DNA of 64,000 bases from an uncultured virus (IMG/VR IMGVR_UViG_3300025675_000001) (IMGVR_UViG_3300025675_000001), one strand, 5' to 3'. Counted from the stretch's first letter, positions 50,422 to 59,185 are shown. Notes: generated by a model from the letters alone, not told the origin. A program made the numbers and translations.

Positions 50422-51221
50422 GACACGACCTCCTGATCGGCAAACTCGATGACCGCCTTGTTCCACTCGGTGCCCTGATAGTTCACCACGTAGCCCTGGC
50501 AGTAGATCCGTCCGCGCTTGTCGTACTTGTGGGTGAGATAGAATTCGCCCTCGGCGGCAAGACCCAGATGCTGGATCACGTCATGAGCGGTACGATCGTA
50601 TTTCTCGAACGCCTTCACCCGTTTGCGGTATTCGCTCATGTCCTCGTCAGGCTTGGGCTTGTCGAGATGGCGCCAGCGATTGCGGATGGTGGTGGAGACA
50701 TCCTGGTTGATGCGAAACCGGGTGGCGTTGATCTGATCGAGGCTCTCGAGACAGACATCGTCATCGTGATGGTTGTCGCGCAGGATCACCGAATTGCGGC
50801 TGGTGTAATAACCGGTGTCGTGATTGTCCTTGAGCGGCAGAGGCGGCACCACCATCGGCAACGGATACTGGTAGCGATCGATCTCGGCCTGGACATCAGG
50901 GGTGATGCCATACTTGATGATGAACTGCTGGGTGACCGGGGACCAGTCCACCAGATCAGCACGGGCTGCCGCGTCGAGTGCGTCAGCCGTGGCCTGGCAG
51001 TCATCATCGAAATGGTGGCGCAGGATGCCGACCAGGATTGGCACCGTGGCACGCTTGTGCAGTACCATCTGAACCAGAAGAGCAAACCCGAACTCCTGGT
51101 CGATCTCGTGATCGTCCATCCATTGGGCAAATTCGGGTTCAGCCAGGAATTCGGCCTTGATGCGGGGGATCAGCTGGTTCTTGTGGAACAGCTTCTCGAT
51201 GTCGATCTGGAATTCAAGCAT
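50418..51221 (-). CDS. RNA polymerase II subunit 1 (N4 gp15-like)
   Basis: QYPLPMVVPP, NHHDDDVCL and THKYDKRGRIYCQGYVVNYQG; start reassigned to MLEFQ. Confidence 0.93.
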   Translation of the reverse strand: MLEFQIDIEKLFHKNQLIPRIKAEFLAEPEFAQWMDDHEIDQEFGFALLVQMVLHKRATVPILVGILRHHFDDDCQATADALDAAARADLVDWSPVTQQFIIKYGITPDVQAEIDRYQYPLPMVVPPLPLKDNHDTGYYTSRNSVILRDNHHDDDVCLESLDQINATRFRINQDVSTTIRNRWRHLDKPKPDEDMSEYRKRVKAFEKYDRTAHDVIQHLGLAAEGEFYLTHKYDKRGRIYCQGYVVNYQGTEWNKAVIEFADQEVVS

Positions 51222-51358
51222 GAGGATCTCCTGTGTGGTAGCGGATGCCGGCTCGAGCTCAAGCTGAAGCGGCGATCGGAACAGGGATAATCTGAACTGG
51301 GGCGAGCGCTCGGAGATGAGCGATCGCAAGACCCTGACGAAGGCCAGGGCAGCGCCGA

Positions 51359-51763
51359 TCAGGCGTACACAGACGGTGAGAAATTGCCCCAAAACACGGC
51401 TCCTTCCTTGAGGTAGGGGCGCCATGCCTCGTCGAACCAGACATGATGCAAAGGTCGCGGCATGTGCTTGTCGAACAGCGGAGCGATCTGCGCATCCCGG
51501 TAGCCGGCGAGACCACATCCGATCCGGGTGACCTGGAAATCGTAGGTGGGATAGCGCTCGGCATAGCGCAGGAAGCGCGCCACGAAGATCTCGATCTCGT
51601 CGAGATGCAGCACGTTCAGACGGTCGTCCTTGGTGGGGATGCCGTAGGAAGCACCTTGCGGTCCTTCACCCTGGCCCCATTTGGCCCGGTAATGGTCGAG
51701 GGCGGTTTTCGCCGCCCCTCTGCCGTGGCGTCCGGCGAGGTTACTGCCAAAGACGAAGATCAT
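51359..51763 (-). CDS. A1S_2505-family phage protein (macrodomain-like)
   Basis: IFVFGSNLAGRHGRGAA, SYGIPTK and VTRIGCGLAGY. Confidence 0.75.
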   Translation of the reverse strand: MIFVFGSNLAGRHGRGAAKTALDHYRAKWGQGEGPQGASYGIPTKDDRLNVLHLDEIEIFVARFLRYAERYPTYDFQVTRIGCGLAGYRDAQIAPLFDKHMPRPLHHVWFDEAWRPYLKEGAVFWGNFSPSVYA

Positions 51764-51960
51764 GACAGGAACACTCCATCGATCTTGTATTTGGCGCCGG
51801 GCTTTTCCTGGTCCTGGGGCCAGATTTCGACGCCCTCCTCGTTGATCACGCAGATCTGCGAGAGAGCGTTATCATCGTTGAGGTACCCGCCGACGATGTC
51901 GAGATTGCCGTACTTGCGGCGGATCTCTTCCAGCGTGGCGATGGCCTTGTCGAGTTTCAT
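51760..51960 (-). CDS. Hypothetical protein
   Basis: 66 aa, coupled to neighbours. Confidence 0.55.
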   Translation of the reverse strand: MKLDKAIATLEEIRRKYGNLDIVGGYLNDDNALSQICVINEEGVEIWPQDQEKPGAKYKIDGVFLS

Positions 51961-51971
51961 GGGAGCATTCC

Positions 51972-52226
51972 TCAGTCGGCGTGGAGACGATTGAGATCCT
52001 TCATCTCGTCGAGCGTGAAGGTGCCGGTGGCGACCATCACGCCCTGGGCATAGCCAAGCCAGCGACCCAGCTTGGCCGACGAGAAGCCTGTGGGATTGGC
52101 CTGAATGCGGTTGAGCATGCTCTCAAGATGCTCGAAATCGACACCATGCTGCTCGAAGCCGATGGTGTCGTAGTTCCGCTCCCGAGCCAGATGGATGAGA
52201 TCGGCGAAAGCCTCGACCATGTTCAT
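51972..52226 (-). CDS. Hypothetical phage protein
   Basis: HL..ML and KLGRWLGYAQG motif. Confidence 0.6.
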   Translation of the reverse strand: MNMVEAFADLIHLARERNYDTIGFEQHGVDFEHLESMLNRIQANPTGFSSAKLGRWLGYAQGVMVATGTFTLDEMKDLNRLHAD

Positions 52227-52456
52227 AGCGAGGCCCTCACGGCGCAGTCCTTGGCTTCGAGCAGCTTGCGCAAGGCGACGTGGCGCTCGTTGTTCGGCGG
52301 CAGGGTATCGATGATGAACCGGGCCATGGCACAGAAGGGCTGCGAGATCTCCCGCAGTTTCGGCGGCAGGTGCCGGTAATGGAAGAAGCGCAGCATGGGA
52401 TCCCGATCCATTTCGAGATTGGAAAATTCCTGCGGCGCCGGATGAATTTCAGACAT
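52223..52456 (-). CDS. Small helical-hairpin phage protein (possible nucleotide-sponge type)
   Basis: FFHYRHLP...SQPF...ERHVALRKLLEAKDCAVRA. Confidence 0.6.
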   Translation of the reverse strand: MSEIHPAPQEFSNLEMDRDPMLRFFHYRHLPPKLREISQPFCAMARFIIDTLPPNNERHVALRKLLEAKDCAVRASL

Positions 52457-52475
52457 GGTTGTCTTCCCTTCTGGT

Positions 52476-52955
52476 TCAGATCTGATCCGATGATCGGAGC
52501 AGGAGATCGATGGTCTGGGAGAGCTTCTCGAGCAGTTCATGGGTGAAATCGACGACGGGACCGGTATGGATCTCACCGTTCAGTTTGAGCCGGTGGGGGC
52601 CGTCCATCTTCTTCACCCGGGTGTCGATCAGGGCCTTGATGTGCTCCAGATTGGCGCGCATGTAGAGGGCCCGATCGCCGGCATTGAATTCCGGATGACG
52701 GGTATCGAGAGGCTCATAGGTCTTCTCGAAGATGTCCGGTTTCACCGGATAGAACTCACCTTCGACACCGAGAACGATCCAGTCGCCCGCAGATGCCGTC
52801 ATGGTGCCTTGCAGTGTGGTGATGACGGCACCATAGGTGCTGATGATCTGGATCGTCCCGTCCATCACGGCATTCTGGAAGGCCATCGGCATGGGTTCGT
52901 CACTGGCCAGGCACATGGCTTCAACCACGACCGGACGCTTGCGGTAGTGACCCAT
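52476..52955 (-). CDS. PGDYG-like domain protein
   Basis: YRKRPVVVEA...TLQGTMTASAGDWIVLGVEGEFYPVKPDIFEKTYE. Confidence 0.7.
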   Translation of the reverse strand: MGHYRKRPVVVEAMCLASDEPMPMAFQNAVMDGTIQIISTYGAVITTLQGTMTASAGDWIVLGVEGEFYPVKPDIFEKTYEPLDTRHPEFNAGDRALYMRANLEHIKALIDTRVKKMDGPHRLKLNGEIHTGPVVDFTHELLEKLSQTIDLLLRSSDQI

Positions 52956-53332
52956 CAGCGTTTCCTTTTCTTCAGCTTGTTGATCTCCTCGCGCAGCAAG
53001 GTGACCAGCTTGGGGGTGGAGAAACCGGGTGACAGGTAATCCCCGGGATCCGGTCCATAGCGGACGCCGGCCGTGATGACCGGTCCGACCAGGATGTATC
53101 CGTCGAGACGGTGACCGTTCTGGCGCCAGATGCGCATGACCAGATCGTAGCCATAGGTCACCGGCACGGTTTCGTTCGTGTCGATATCCTTGCCGAAACC
53201 GAGCACGCACTTGGCGAGATCCTGAAGCGGGACATAGACGAGATGTTCCCGCCAGGGATTGTACTCATCCCACCAGGGATCCTGGTATGTGGTCTCGATG
53301 AAGTCGTTGGGATGGATGATGAGATCGTCCAT
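52955..53332 (-). CDS. Hypothetical protein
   Basis: Coupled ORF in the minus-strand operon; start uncertain. Confidence 0.55.
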   Translation of the reverse strand: MDDLIIHPNDFIETTYQDPWWDEYNPWREHLVYVPLQDLAKCVLGFGKDIDTNETVPVTYGYDLVMRIWRQNGHRLDGYILVGPVITAGVRYGPDPGDYLSPGFSTPKLVTLLREEINKLKKRKR

Positions 53333-53337
53333 GCTGA

Positions 53338-53634
53338 TCACCATTCGTAGAGTGGCAGATCGGTGACGGGTTCTTCGTCGCGATCGAACATGATCCATGC
53401 GCATATATGTGCCTGGCCATATTGCAGCGCGTAGCGAAGATCCTCGGGCATCTGTGTGTCCGAGGTTGATGATAAGAGGTGGTCAGGATCCGTGTAAACC
53501 ACAAACCCACATTCCCTCACGAAGCCGGAAACGATGGCAGGGCCATCTCCCCCGAGGGAATCGTGCAGGAAATCCGCGGTCTCGGCGGTGAGATGACCGG
53601 TCGAGAGATGGAGGATCTGATCGATGCGGGCCAT
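53338..53634 (-). CDS. DUF5983-like protein
   Basis: LSTGHLT...PEDL...WIMFDRD...LPLYEW pattern. Confidence 0.6.
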   Translation of the reverse strand: MARIDQILHLSTGHLTAETADFLHDSLGGDGPAIVSGFVRECGFVVYTDPDHLLSSTSDTQMPEDLRYALQYGQAHICAWIMFDRDEEPVTDLPLYEW

Positions 53635-53852
53635 CAGTGTTTCACCGCGTGTTCGGCCAGAAGCATTTCGTGGCGCTGGATGCGATCGAGCACGTTCCGG
53701 AAATGCGCCTGCAAGGGCAGAAGCACGTTGACGACCTTGTCGGGATCGTCCGGGCTGAGAACGTCGAGGGCATCGACGATCATCTGCAGCTGCTCCTCGG
53801 TCATCTGGAGTTGGAATTCCCAGGCGGTCTGGAGTTGGGGTGTGTCAGGCAT
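53634..53852 (-). CDS. Hypothetical protein
   Basis: 72 aa, coupled. Confidence 0.55.
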   Translation of the reverse strand: MPDTPQLQTAWEFQLQMTEEQLQMIVDALDVLSPDDPDKVVNVLLPLQAHFRNVLDRIQRHEMLLAEHAVKH

Positions 53853-54519
53853 GGGAGCTCTTCTCTTCTGGTTCCGCCAGGGTTTCCGTCAAGGTTTCCT
53901 GGACCATGGCCTTGTATTTCTGCTGGAGCTCGTCGATGAACAGAACCAGGCGTTCGAGCTCCTCGTTGCTCTGGGCCAGACCCAGATTGACGATCGGCAC
54001 GTTCATCGCTGTGGCCATGCGCAAAGCCTGACCAGTTCCGCCTGTGATTTCGCCGCCCGGTGTCCAGCACACGACGAAAGCCGAAAGCACCAGGTTTTCC
54101 CCATCGACAGCATGGGAGCCGACGATCTGGCGCACATTGCGCTGATGCATCAGCTTTGCCGACGGAGAGCACTTGTCCCAGGCCGGATGGAAGTGTGCGG
54201 CACAGGATTGCTCCTGGGGTGTGAACGGAATTCGGCCCGGATGCAGCTCCGAGCGCGAGTTGTTGAAGCCACGCCAGGGCAGATAAATCTGCTTGGCCGG
54301 CAGGCTGATGCGATCGGGTGCAAAGGCTTCCCGCACCATGTGATCGACCGCCTGTTCGAAAGCGGCATCGGCGCCATTGGCACCACCGGATCTGAGGATC
54401 CAGCCCTCCGCATAGAGGTAGCAGGCGACATGGTGCATGATCTTGAGGATCGGCTCAGGCGTGTTCCTGGCACCGATCCCGGCATAGACCAGGTAAGGTT
54501 TCTCCTGAACGTCGATCAT
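53845..54519 (-). CDS. SLOG/DprA-like Rossmann-fold protein
   Basis: YAGIGARNTP, LRSGGANGADAAFE, IYLPW and GGTGQA. Confidence 0.8.
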   Translation of the reverse strand: MIDVQEKPYLVYAGIGARNTPEPILKIMHHVACYLYAEGWILRSGGANGADAAFEQAVDHMVREAFAPDRISLPAKQIYLPWRGFNNSRSELHPGRIPFTPQEQSCAAHFHPAWDKCSPSAKLMHQRNVRQIVGSHAVDGENLVLSAFVVCWTPGGEITGGTGQALRMATAMNVPIVNLGLAQSNEELERLVLFIDELQQKYKAMVQETLTETLAEPEEKSSHA

Positions 54520-54947
54520 GCATAAAGATCCTCTATGGCGTGTGACCGAGCGTGGGGTTCGAGAACGATGTATTCCTGGCGCAGGACATTCCCGAAACCA
54601 CGCAGACGGGGTGGATTGCGATAGAGCCAGAGACTGACGGTATCGATGAGATCCTCGGTCAGACGGGCGATTTGTGCGCCATCCCACTGATCGCTGAATT
54701 CGCTGTCCAGGTTGATGTGCTGCTCGTTGTTCTCGAGGATCTCCTCGGCGATGTTCTCGGCCACCAGGGCGGCCATGAAATCGGCCTGAAGATAGGCGCG
54801 ATCGGCACAGGCCAACGTGATCGACCCCATGGTGGACTGGATGGCTCCAGCATGCAGGGCCACTTCACGGGTGGGATAGGGCCCGAGATAACCTTCCGGA
54901 TCACGGCCTTCTCCGACCCACCAGTAGAATTTTCCGTCGCTATACAT
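54516..54947 (-). CDS. Hypothetical protein (paralogue of next gene)
   Basis: DGKFYWWVGEGRDPEGYLGPYPTREVA. Confidence 0.65.
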   Translation of the reverse strand: MYSDGKFYWWVGEGRDPEGYLGPYPTREVALHAGAIQSTMGSITLACADRAYLQADFMAALVAENIAEEILENNEQHINLDSEFSDQWDGAQIARLTEDLIDTVSLWLYRNPPRLRGFGNVLRQEYIVLEPHARSHAIEDLYA

Positions 54948-55359
54948 GGGAACCTCCTTCACCTTCTGGTTCGCCGATGAAATATTTGACATTGCGCATG
55001 GTGCCGAAGGCCCAGGTTGTCCCTGGATGCGCGATGAGCCATGTGGTGATGGCCTGCTGAAAGGCGGTGTCGAGTGCCTTCAGGTCTTCATCGTTCCAGA
55101 TCTGGTCGAGATCCGGGTAATCGTCACTGAAGCATTCCTCGTTTGCCTCGATGAGGCTTTCGAGGATCTGCTCGACATAGAAATCCAGATTGATTTCAGG
55201 CCGCATCACGCTCTTATCGGATTCACAGATCGTGAAACCCGTGTCCTGGTAATCACTGCGGCCGGTCTGGATCGCGATGTCTCTGGTCTCGAAGGGGCCA
55301 TGATAGGCTTCAGGTTCAGCGCCCTGCCCGACCCACCATTTGAAGTTTCCGTCACCCAT
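54940..55359 (-). CDS. Hypothetical protein (paralogue of previous gene)
   Basis: DGNFKWWVGQGAEPEAYHGPFETRDIA; AAGGAG RBS. Confidence 0.65.
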   Translation of the reverse strand: MGDGNFKWWVGQGAEPEAYHGPFETRDIAIQTGRSDYQDTGFTICESDKSVMRPEINLDFYVEQILESLIEANEECFSDDYPDLDQIWNDEDLKALDTAFQQAITTWLIAHPGTTWAFGTMRNVKYFIGEPEGEGGSHV

Positions 55360-55374
55360 GTCGGGTCTCCTTGT

Positions 55375-55830
55375 TTACCAGCAGAGCGAAAGATGTTCGC
55401 CAGGCTGGATATCGATGTGCGACAGGCGGAAGGCGCGAAGCGCGGTCTTCTCAGGATCGAACGCCCGAAGGAACCAGCCTGGCTCGTAGCCGTAGCCGGG
55501 CTGCTGGATGTACTCGACGCCCAGCGGCATCACCCGTCGGGTGCGCTTTTCACCGCGGTGGTTGGTGTAGGTGAACTCGACGAAGATGCGCGAGGAAGGC
55601 TCGTGGGCCTCACGCGGACAGGGCGGCCCGAGAGCCAGAACCGCCCTGCCCTTCTCGGTAAGCTGGCCGCCGAATTTCTTGGTGATGAGGCCCGAGCCCT
55701 TGAGATATTCGAGCGCCACACCGATCGATGAACCCCACGGCGTGGGATCCTTCTGGCCATCCACCTCTTGCAGGATGCGGTATTCGAACGGTGTGAGCTT
55801 GGGCAGTTGATCCACAGGATGATGGTTCAT
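55375..55830 (-). CDS. Winged-helix + WYL domain protein
   Basis: LKGSGLI...LTEKG wing; FTYTNHRGEKRTRRVMP...WFLRAFDPEKTALRAFRLSHI. Confidence 0.75.
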   Translation of the reverse strand: MNHHPVDQLPKLTPFEYRILQEVDGQKDPTPWGSSIGVALEYLKGSGLITKKFGGQLTEKGRAVLALGPPCPREAHEPSSRIFVEFTYTNHRGEKRTRRVMPLGVEYIQQPGYGYEPGWFLRAFDPEKTALRAFRLSHIDIQPGEHLSLCW

Positions 55831-55841
55831 GACAGCCTCCG

Positions 55842-56450
55842 TCAGACTGGCAAGTCGAGCAGCTTGTTGAGCTGATGGATCGGAACAGCCGGCAGCTGGG
55901 TGGGCTTCTGGCCGGTCATATACGGCCGTGCAAAGGGTTCGATCTCCGGCCAGAGCTCGATCAGCTTGGTGAAGGAGTTGGTACTCTGGAGCATCCGCAT
56001 TGAGGTGCGTTCGGCTTCCCGGACCGTTTCCTCGAGTTTATTCCGCTCGTCTTCCAGTTCCTGGAAGCGGATGCTGAACAGGTGTGTGTCTTCGTAGCTC
56101 TTGACGCAGATGCCCTTGTGACGTTGCTGGATCCGATGACAGACGACTTCCTTCTTGTAATCGGCATAGCGTTGCAGGAAGCCGTGGAAAGTCCCGGTGA
56201 ACAGGATCCGCACATAACCCGTACCGGAGCTGCCGAAGCGGACATCGAGCCCGGTTTCTTCGGGCAGCCAACCTTTGGGCAGCTCTGCCATCTTGCGGCG
56301 GATCTCAGGGGTGTAGAGATCCAGATAGACCTGGTTGATCAGGTGGGCACGCTTCTCCGTCACCTCGTTGATGAGCTTGCGGAAGCGACGGATCAAAAGC
56401 GCTTTCTGGATGCGCTCACGGGTCTCGTTGATCAGGCGTGGAGTGCTCAT
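55842..56450 (-). CDS. Nmad5-like protein
   Basis: RLINETRERI N-terminus and KLIELWPE..LPAV..LNKLL C-terminus. Confidence 0.65.
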   Translation of the reverse strand: MSTPRLINETRERIQKALLIRRFRKLINEVTEKRAHLINQVYLDLYTPEIRRKMAELPKGWLPEETGLDVRFGSSGTGYVRILFTGTFHGFLQRYADYKKEVVCHRIQQRHKGICVKSYEDTHLFSIRFQELEDERNKLEETVREAERTSMRMLQSTNSFTKLIELWPEIEPFARPYMTGQKPTQLPAVPIHQLNKLLDLPV

Positions 56451-56554
56451 TGTGGTAGCTCCAAGGTGCGATTTGGAAGGGAGTTGGTTTCACGGGTGAT
56501 TCCCGTCGGTTTTCGGGAAAAAGTTGAAGTTGGTTTCCCGTCGCGTTGAAACTG

Positions 56555-56573
56555 AGTTGAATTATATTCAACT
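56555..56573. promoter_or_regulatory. Palindromic operator-like site
   Basis: AGTTGAAT-TAT-ATTCAACT in an AT-rich gap, with extra GTTGAA half-sites nearby. Confidence 0.5.
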
Positions 56574-56587
56574 TGGGTAGAAAACGC

Positions 56588-57070
56588 TCAACTATTTTCT
56601 TCAATATATTTTGAAAGAAATCCGTCGCGATAAGCCATCAGGATGCGACCCAGATGGTTATGGCCTCTGCCACGGCAGACACCCCAGAAGATGTCACCCC
56701 AGTGGTTGTCTTCGCGCAGCTCCCGAGGCGCGGTGGCCAGGAGCTTCTGCTTGAGATCGGGGTTCTGTTCGTACTTGGCCCGGGTGATCTCACCCATGAT
56801 GCGGATCTTGATCTGATCCCAGTCGGGACGCATCTCGAGCTTCTTTCCCAGACGCTTGGCAGCGCCGGGTGAGACACATTCGGAGATGTCTTTCCAGTCT
56901 TCCCAGTTCAGGCTCTTGGCTGCCTGGTAGGCATGTTCGGAGGTGGGAAAGACCAGCGTGCCCATGACGATCGGCGCCGGCCAGAAGTTGGAGAGGAAAC
57001 GAAACTCGCCCTGGAATCCGCGGATCGGCTGCGGGATGGGCTTCGACAAGCTGTCTGCGATATTGTCCAT
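56588..57070 (-). CDS. NADAR (YbiA-like) hydrolase
   Basis: FLSNFWP, FPTSEHAYQAAK, AKRLGK, RPDWD, KYEQNPDL, WGDIFWG and GHNHLGRILM. Confidence 0.9.
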   Translation of the reverse strand: MDNIADSLSKPIPQPIRGFQGEFRFLSNFWPAPIVMGTLVFPTSEHAYQAAKSLNWEDWKDISECVSPGAAKRLGKKLEMRPDWDQIKIRIMGEITRAKYEQNPDLKQKLLATAPRELREDNHWGDIFWGVCRGRGHNHLGRILMAYRDGFLSKYIEENS

Positions 57071-57089
57071 GATACTGTCGCTCCTGATG

Positions 57090-57121
57090 AAAAGGGCCAC
57101 TTCCCTTGTGAGGAAGTGGCC
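57090..57121 (-). terminator. Intrinsic terminator directly upstream of NADAR RBS
   Basis: On the minus strand: GGCCACTTCC-TCACAAG-GGAAGTGGCC-CTTTT. Confidence 0.75.
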
Positions 57122-57310
57122 AAGGTTCCAGATCAGGGAGGTGCGATCTGGTGAGGGGAAACAACGTCAATCTCACAGAGTTATGAGATGATTTCCTCGG
57201 TGACGGTGAGGACCACCGCATCCGTCAGGTGGATGAATCGATCACTTCACATGGTACCCTCCTTTGTTGGAACCCACACACCCTCAATCCTTCTTTCATA
57301 TGAAGGAGGG

Positions 57311-57883
57311 TCAGTGCGTGTTCAGGGTAAAGAAGCAGTCCAGCGCCGAGCGGATGGCCTTATCGGCGCCGAAGAGAGAAAACCGGCCGATGTCCTCGAC
57401 GGCAATTTCATCAGCTGTGCCGAGGAGATGCAGCGTGACCGGATTGAGGTTGCGAAACGCCACGATCCCCTTCTTGGGAATGATCGCTTCGAAGACCCCG
57501 GATTGGCCATTGGCTTCGCCGCCCATCATGGCGATGAAGTGATGCGTGGTGTTTCCGACATCCACCTTGGTGGCCGGTACGTTGAGGAAGACCAGAGCGG
57601 CATCCTGTTGGCTGAAGGTGACAGCCATGTGCATGGTGTCGTAGCGGGCGATCATGGTGCAGTTCCTGGTTCGGGTTGAACCATAAACCTGCCAGGTACC
57701 GAGATCAGCCCATTTTGCTGTGCCTGGATCAAGAGGTTGCGCCTGGGCCTGACCCAGAAGGCTACTCATGCCGATCGAGCGGTCATTGACCCGTTCGAGG
57801 ACATCCCCACAGAAGCGGAGAACCAGAAGGCCCACCAGCAATGCGAGGAAGATGCCAATCTTTTTCAATGCATAGATGAACAT
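57311..57883 (-). CDS. Membrane-anchored/periplasmic protein
   Basis: Basic then hydrophobic N-terminus followed by a beta-rich domain. Confidence 0.6.
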   Translation of the reverse strand: MFIYALKKIGIFLALLVGLLVLRFCGDVLERVNDRSIGMSSLLGQAQAQPLDPGTAKWADLGTWQVYGSTRTRNCTMIARYDTMHMAVTFSQQDAALVFLNVPATKVDVGNTTHHFIAMMGGEANGQSGVFEAIIPKKGIVAFRNLNPVTLHLLGTADEIAVEDIGRFSLFGADKAIRSALDCFFTLNTH

Positions 57884-57916
57884 GGTGTGTTCCTTTCTGG
57901 TTCAGGCCTTGAGGGC

Positions 57917-58234
57917 TCAGGCTTCGGTTTCGGGATCGGATGGAGAGAGCAGTTGCAGCACCTTGTGGAACCCGACATTGAAGGTCATGGCTCGCAGGTA
58001 ATCCTGGCCCTTGCGGGTCAGTTCAGGCACCGTGCTCTTGCGGTTCTTCACGCTGCGGATGAGACCGTGCTCAAGCAGGATACCGGTCAGGGTCGAGCCC
58101 ATCTCGTAGCCCATGGCGGCTTTGAGCACGCCGGCTTCGACGACACGTCGTTTGGGCTCACGCCCGAAACTGGCATTGCCATGGACCCGTTCGATTTCCT
58201 CATCGGAGATCAGGAGCTGCGTCACTTGAGGCAT
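57917..58234 (-). CDS. Hypothetical protein (winged-helix-like)
   Basis: EHGLI...LTRKGQDYL. Confidence 0.6.
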   Translation of the reverse strand: MPQVTQLLISDEEIERVHGNASFGREPKRRVVEAGVLKAAMGYEMGSTLTGILLEHGLIRSVKNRKSTVPELTRKGQDYLRAMTFNVGFHKVLQLLSPSDPETEA

Positions 58235-58262
58235 GGTATTTTCCTTCAAGCTGTCGGGTGGA

Positions 58263-58300
58263 AATAAAGAGGGGAATGCAGGATTTCTCCTGCATTCCCT
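58263..58300 (-). terminator. Terminator after gp2
   Basis: GGGAATGCAGGA-TTTC-TCCTGCATTCCC with a T-rich tail on the minus strand. Confidence 0.75.
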
Positions 58301-58310
58301 TTGGTTTGGT

Positions 58311-58805
58311 TCAGCCCGCTGCCGGGACGAGATCCTCCTCGGTGGCCTGAGCCTTCTGGCTGGTGGGCATGGTGGTCGGCTTGGAACCGCCCATCAACAT
58401 GCTGGCCAGATCGACGGCGTACTCGTTCTCCGCCTTGGAGACTTCGAGATCCTCGTTCACCCGACGCAGCCGGATCACGAGGGTCGAGACCTCGACTTCC
58501 TCACCGGGTGCGAGGCTCATGCCATAGTGCTGAAGGGCCTCCAGCAGCTGGTTGCGAGCGGTCTGGAACTTGACCCAGTCTTCGTTCTGGCCCTTGACCT
58601 CGGTGGGCTTCATCGTATCGACCGGCATACCGATCGGGAGATTGACGAAGCGACCATTCACCTCGTAGCCGACATTGAGCCAGAGCTTCGCCCGGTCCCG
58701 CTGTTCGGGTGCATTCTGCATGGTGCCGAAGGGCATACGCTGATTGCGGTTGTCACGCTGAGCGGGTGCGGTGGCCTGCGGTGCATTGAAATCCATGATA
58801 CCCAT
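58311..58805 (-). CDS. N4 gp2-like ssDNA-binding RNAPII activator
   Basis: AKLWLNVGY...FVNLPIGMPVDT...RNQLL...LAPGE; early-region position. Confidence 0.85.
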   Translation of the reverse strand: MGIMDFNAPQATAPAQRDNRNQRMPFGTMQNAPEQRDRAKLWLNVGYEVNGRFVNLPIGMPVDTMKPTEVKGQNEDWVKFQTARNQLLEALQHYGMSLAPGEEVEVSTLVIRLRRVNEDLEVSKAENEYAVDLASMLMGGSKPTTMPTSQKAQATEEDLVPAAG

Positions 58806-58860
58806 TGTGGTAGCTCCTGAGTTGGATGTGGGGATGTGGGTTTGATGGAAGGCTCTAACC

Positions 58861-58880
58861 CTCCAAGGGGCGCAAGCCCC
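58861..58880 (-). promoter_or_regulatory. Putative second vRNAP hairpin promoter (variant loop)
   Basis: Template (+) strand CTCCAA-GGGGC-GCAA-GCCCC upstream of gp2; same stem as the gp1 promoter. Confidence 0.5.
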
Positions 58881-58903
58881 AACCAGAGAAACGGAAACAG
58901 GGA

Positions 58904-59185
58904 TTAGCTCACGAGAGCCAGATCCTTGGTCATGCTGTAAAGCAGGGTGAGATGCTTGAACTCACGCTGCGCCAGCAGGAGTGCAGCATCACGGTCCTCG
59001 ACATAGAGATGCTGGCCTGTGGTCAGATAGGCGACGTACCAGCGGGTCTTATCCCGAGAGCTCGGCCAAGCCGACATCACGAGCTTGGGACCATAGGCCC
59101 CGTCGTCGTAGGCATTGGCGATGAACAGGTCGATCTGCTCTTCGTCGGCTTCGAGGATGGGTGGAAACGGATCAGGTTTGATCAT
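58904..59185 (-). CDS. Early hypothetical protein
   Basis: MIKPDPF start with GAGGA RBS. Confidence 0.55.
   Translation of the reverse strand: MIKPDPFPPILEADEEQIDLFIANAYDDGAYGPKLVMSAWPSSRDKTRWYVAYLTTGQHLYVEDRDAALLLAQREFKHLTLLYSMTKDLALVS

Noticed and set aside
57195..57235. Hammerhead ribozyme in the NADAR leader
   Set aside because: The core reads CTGACGG rather than CUGANGA and the stems do not fit.
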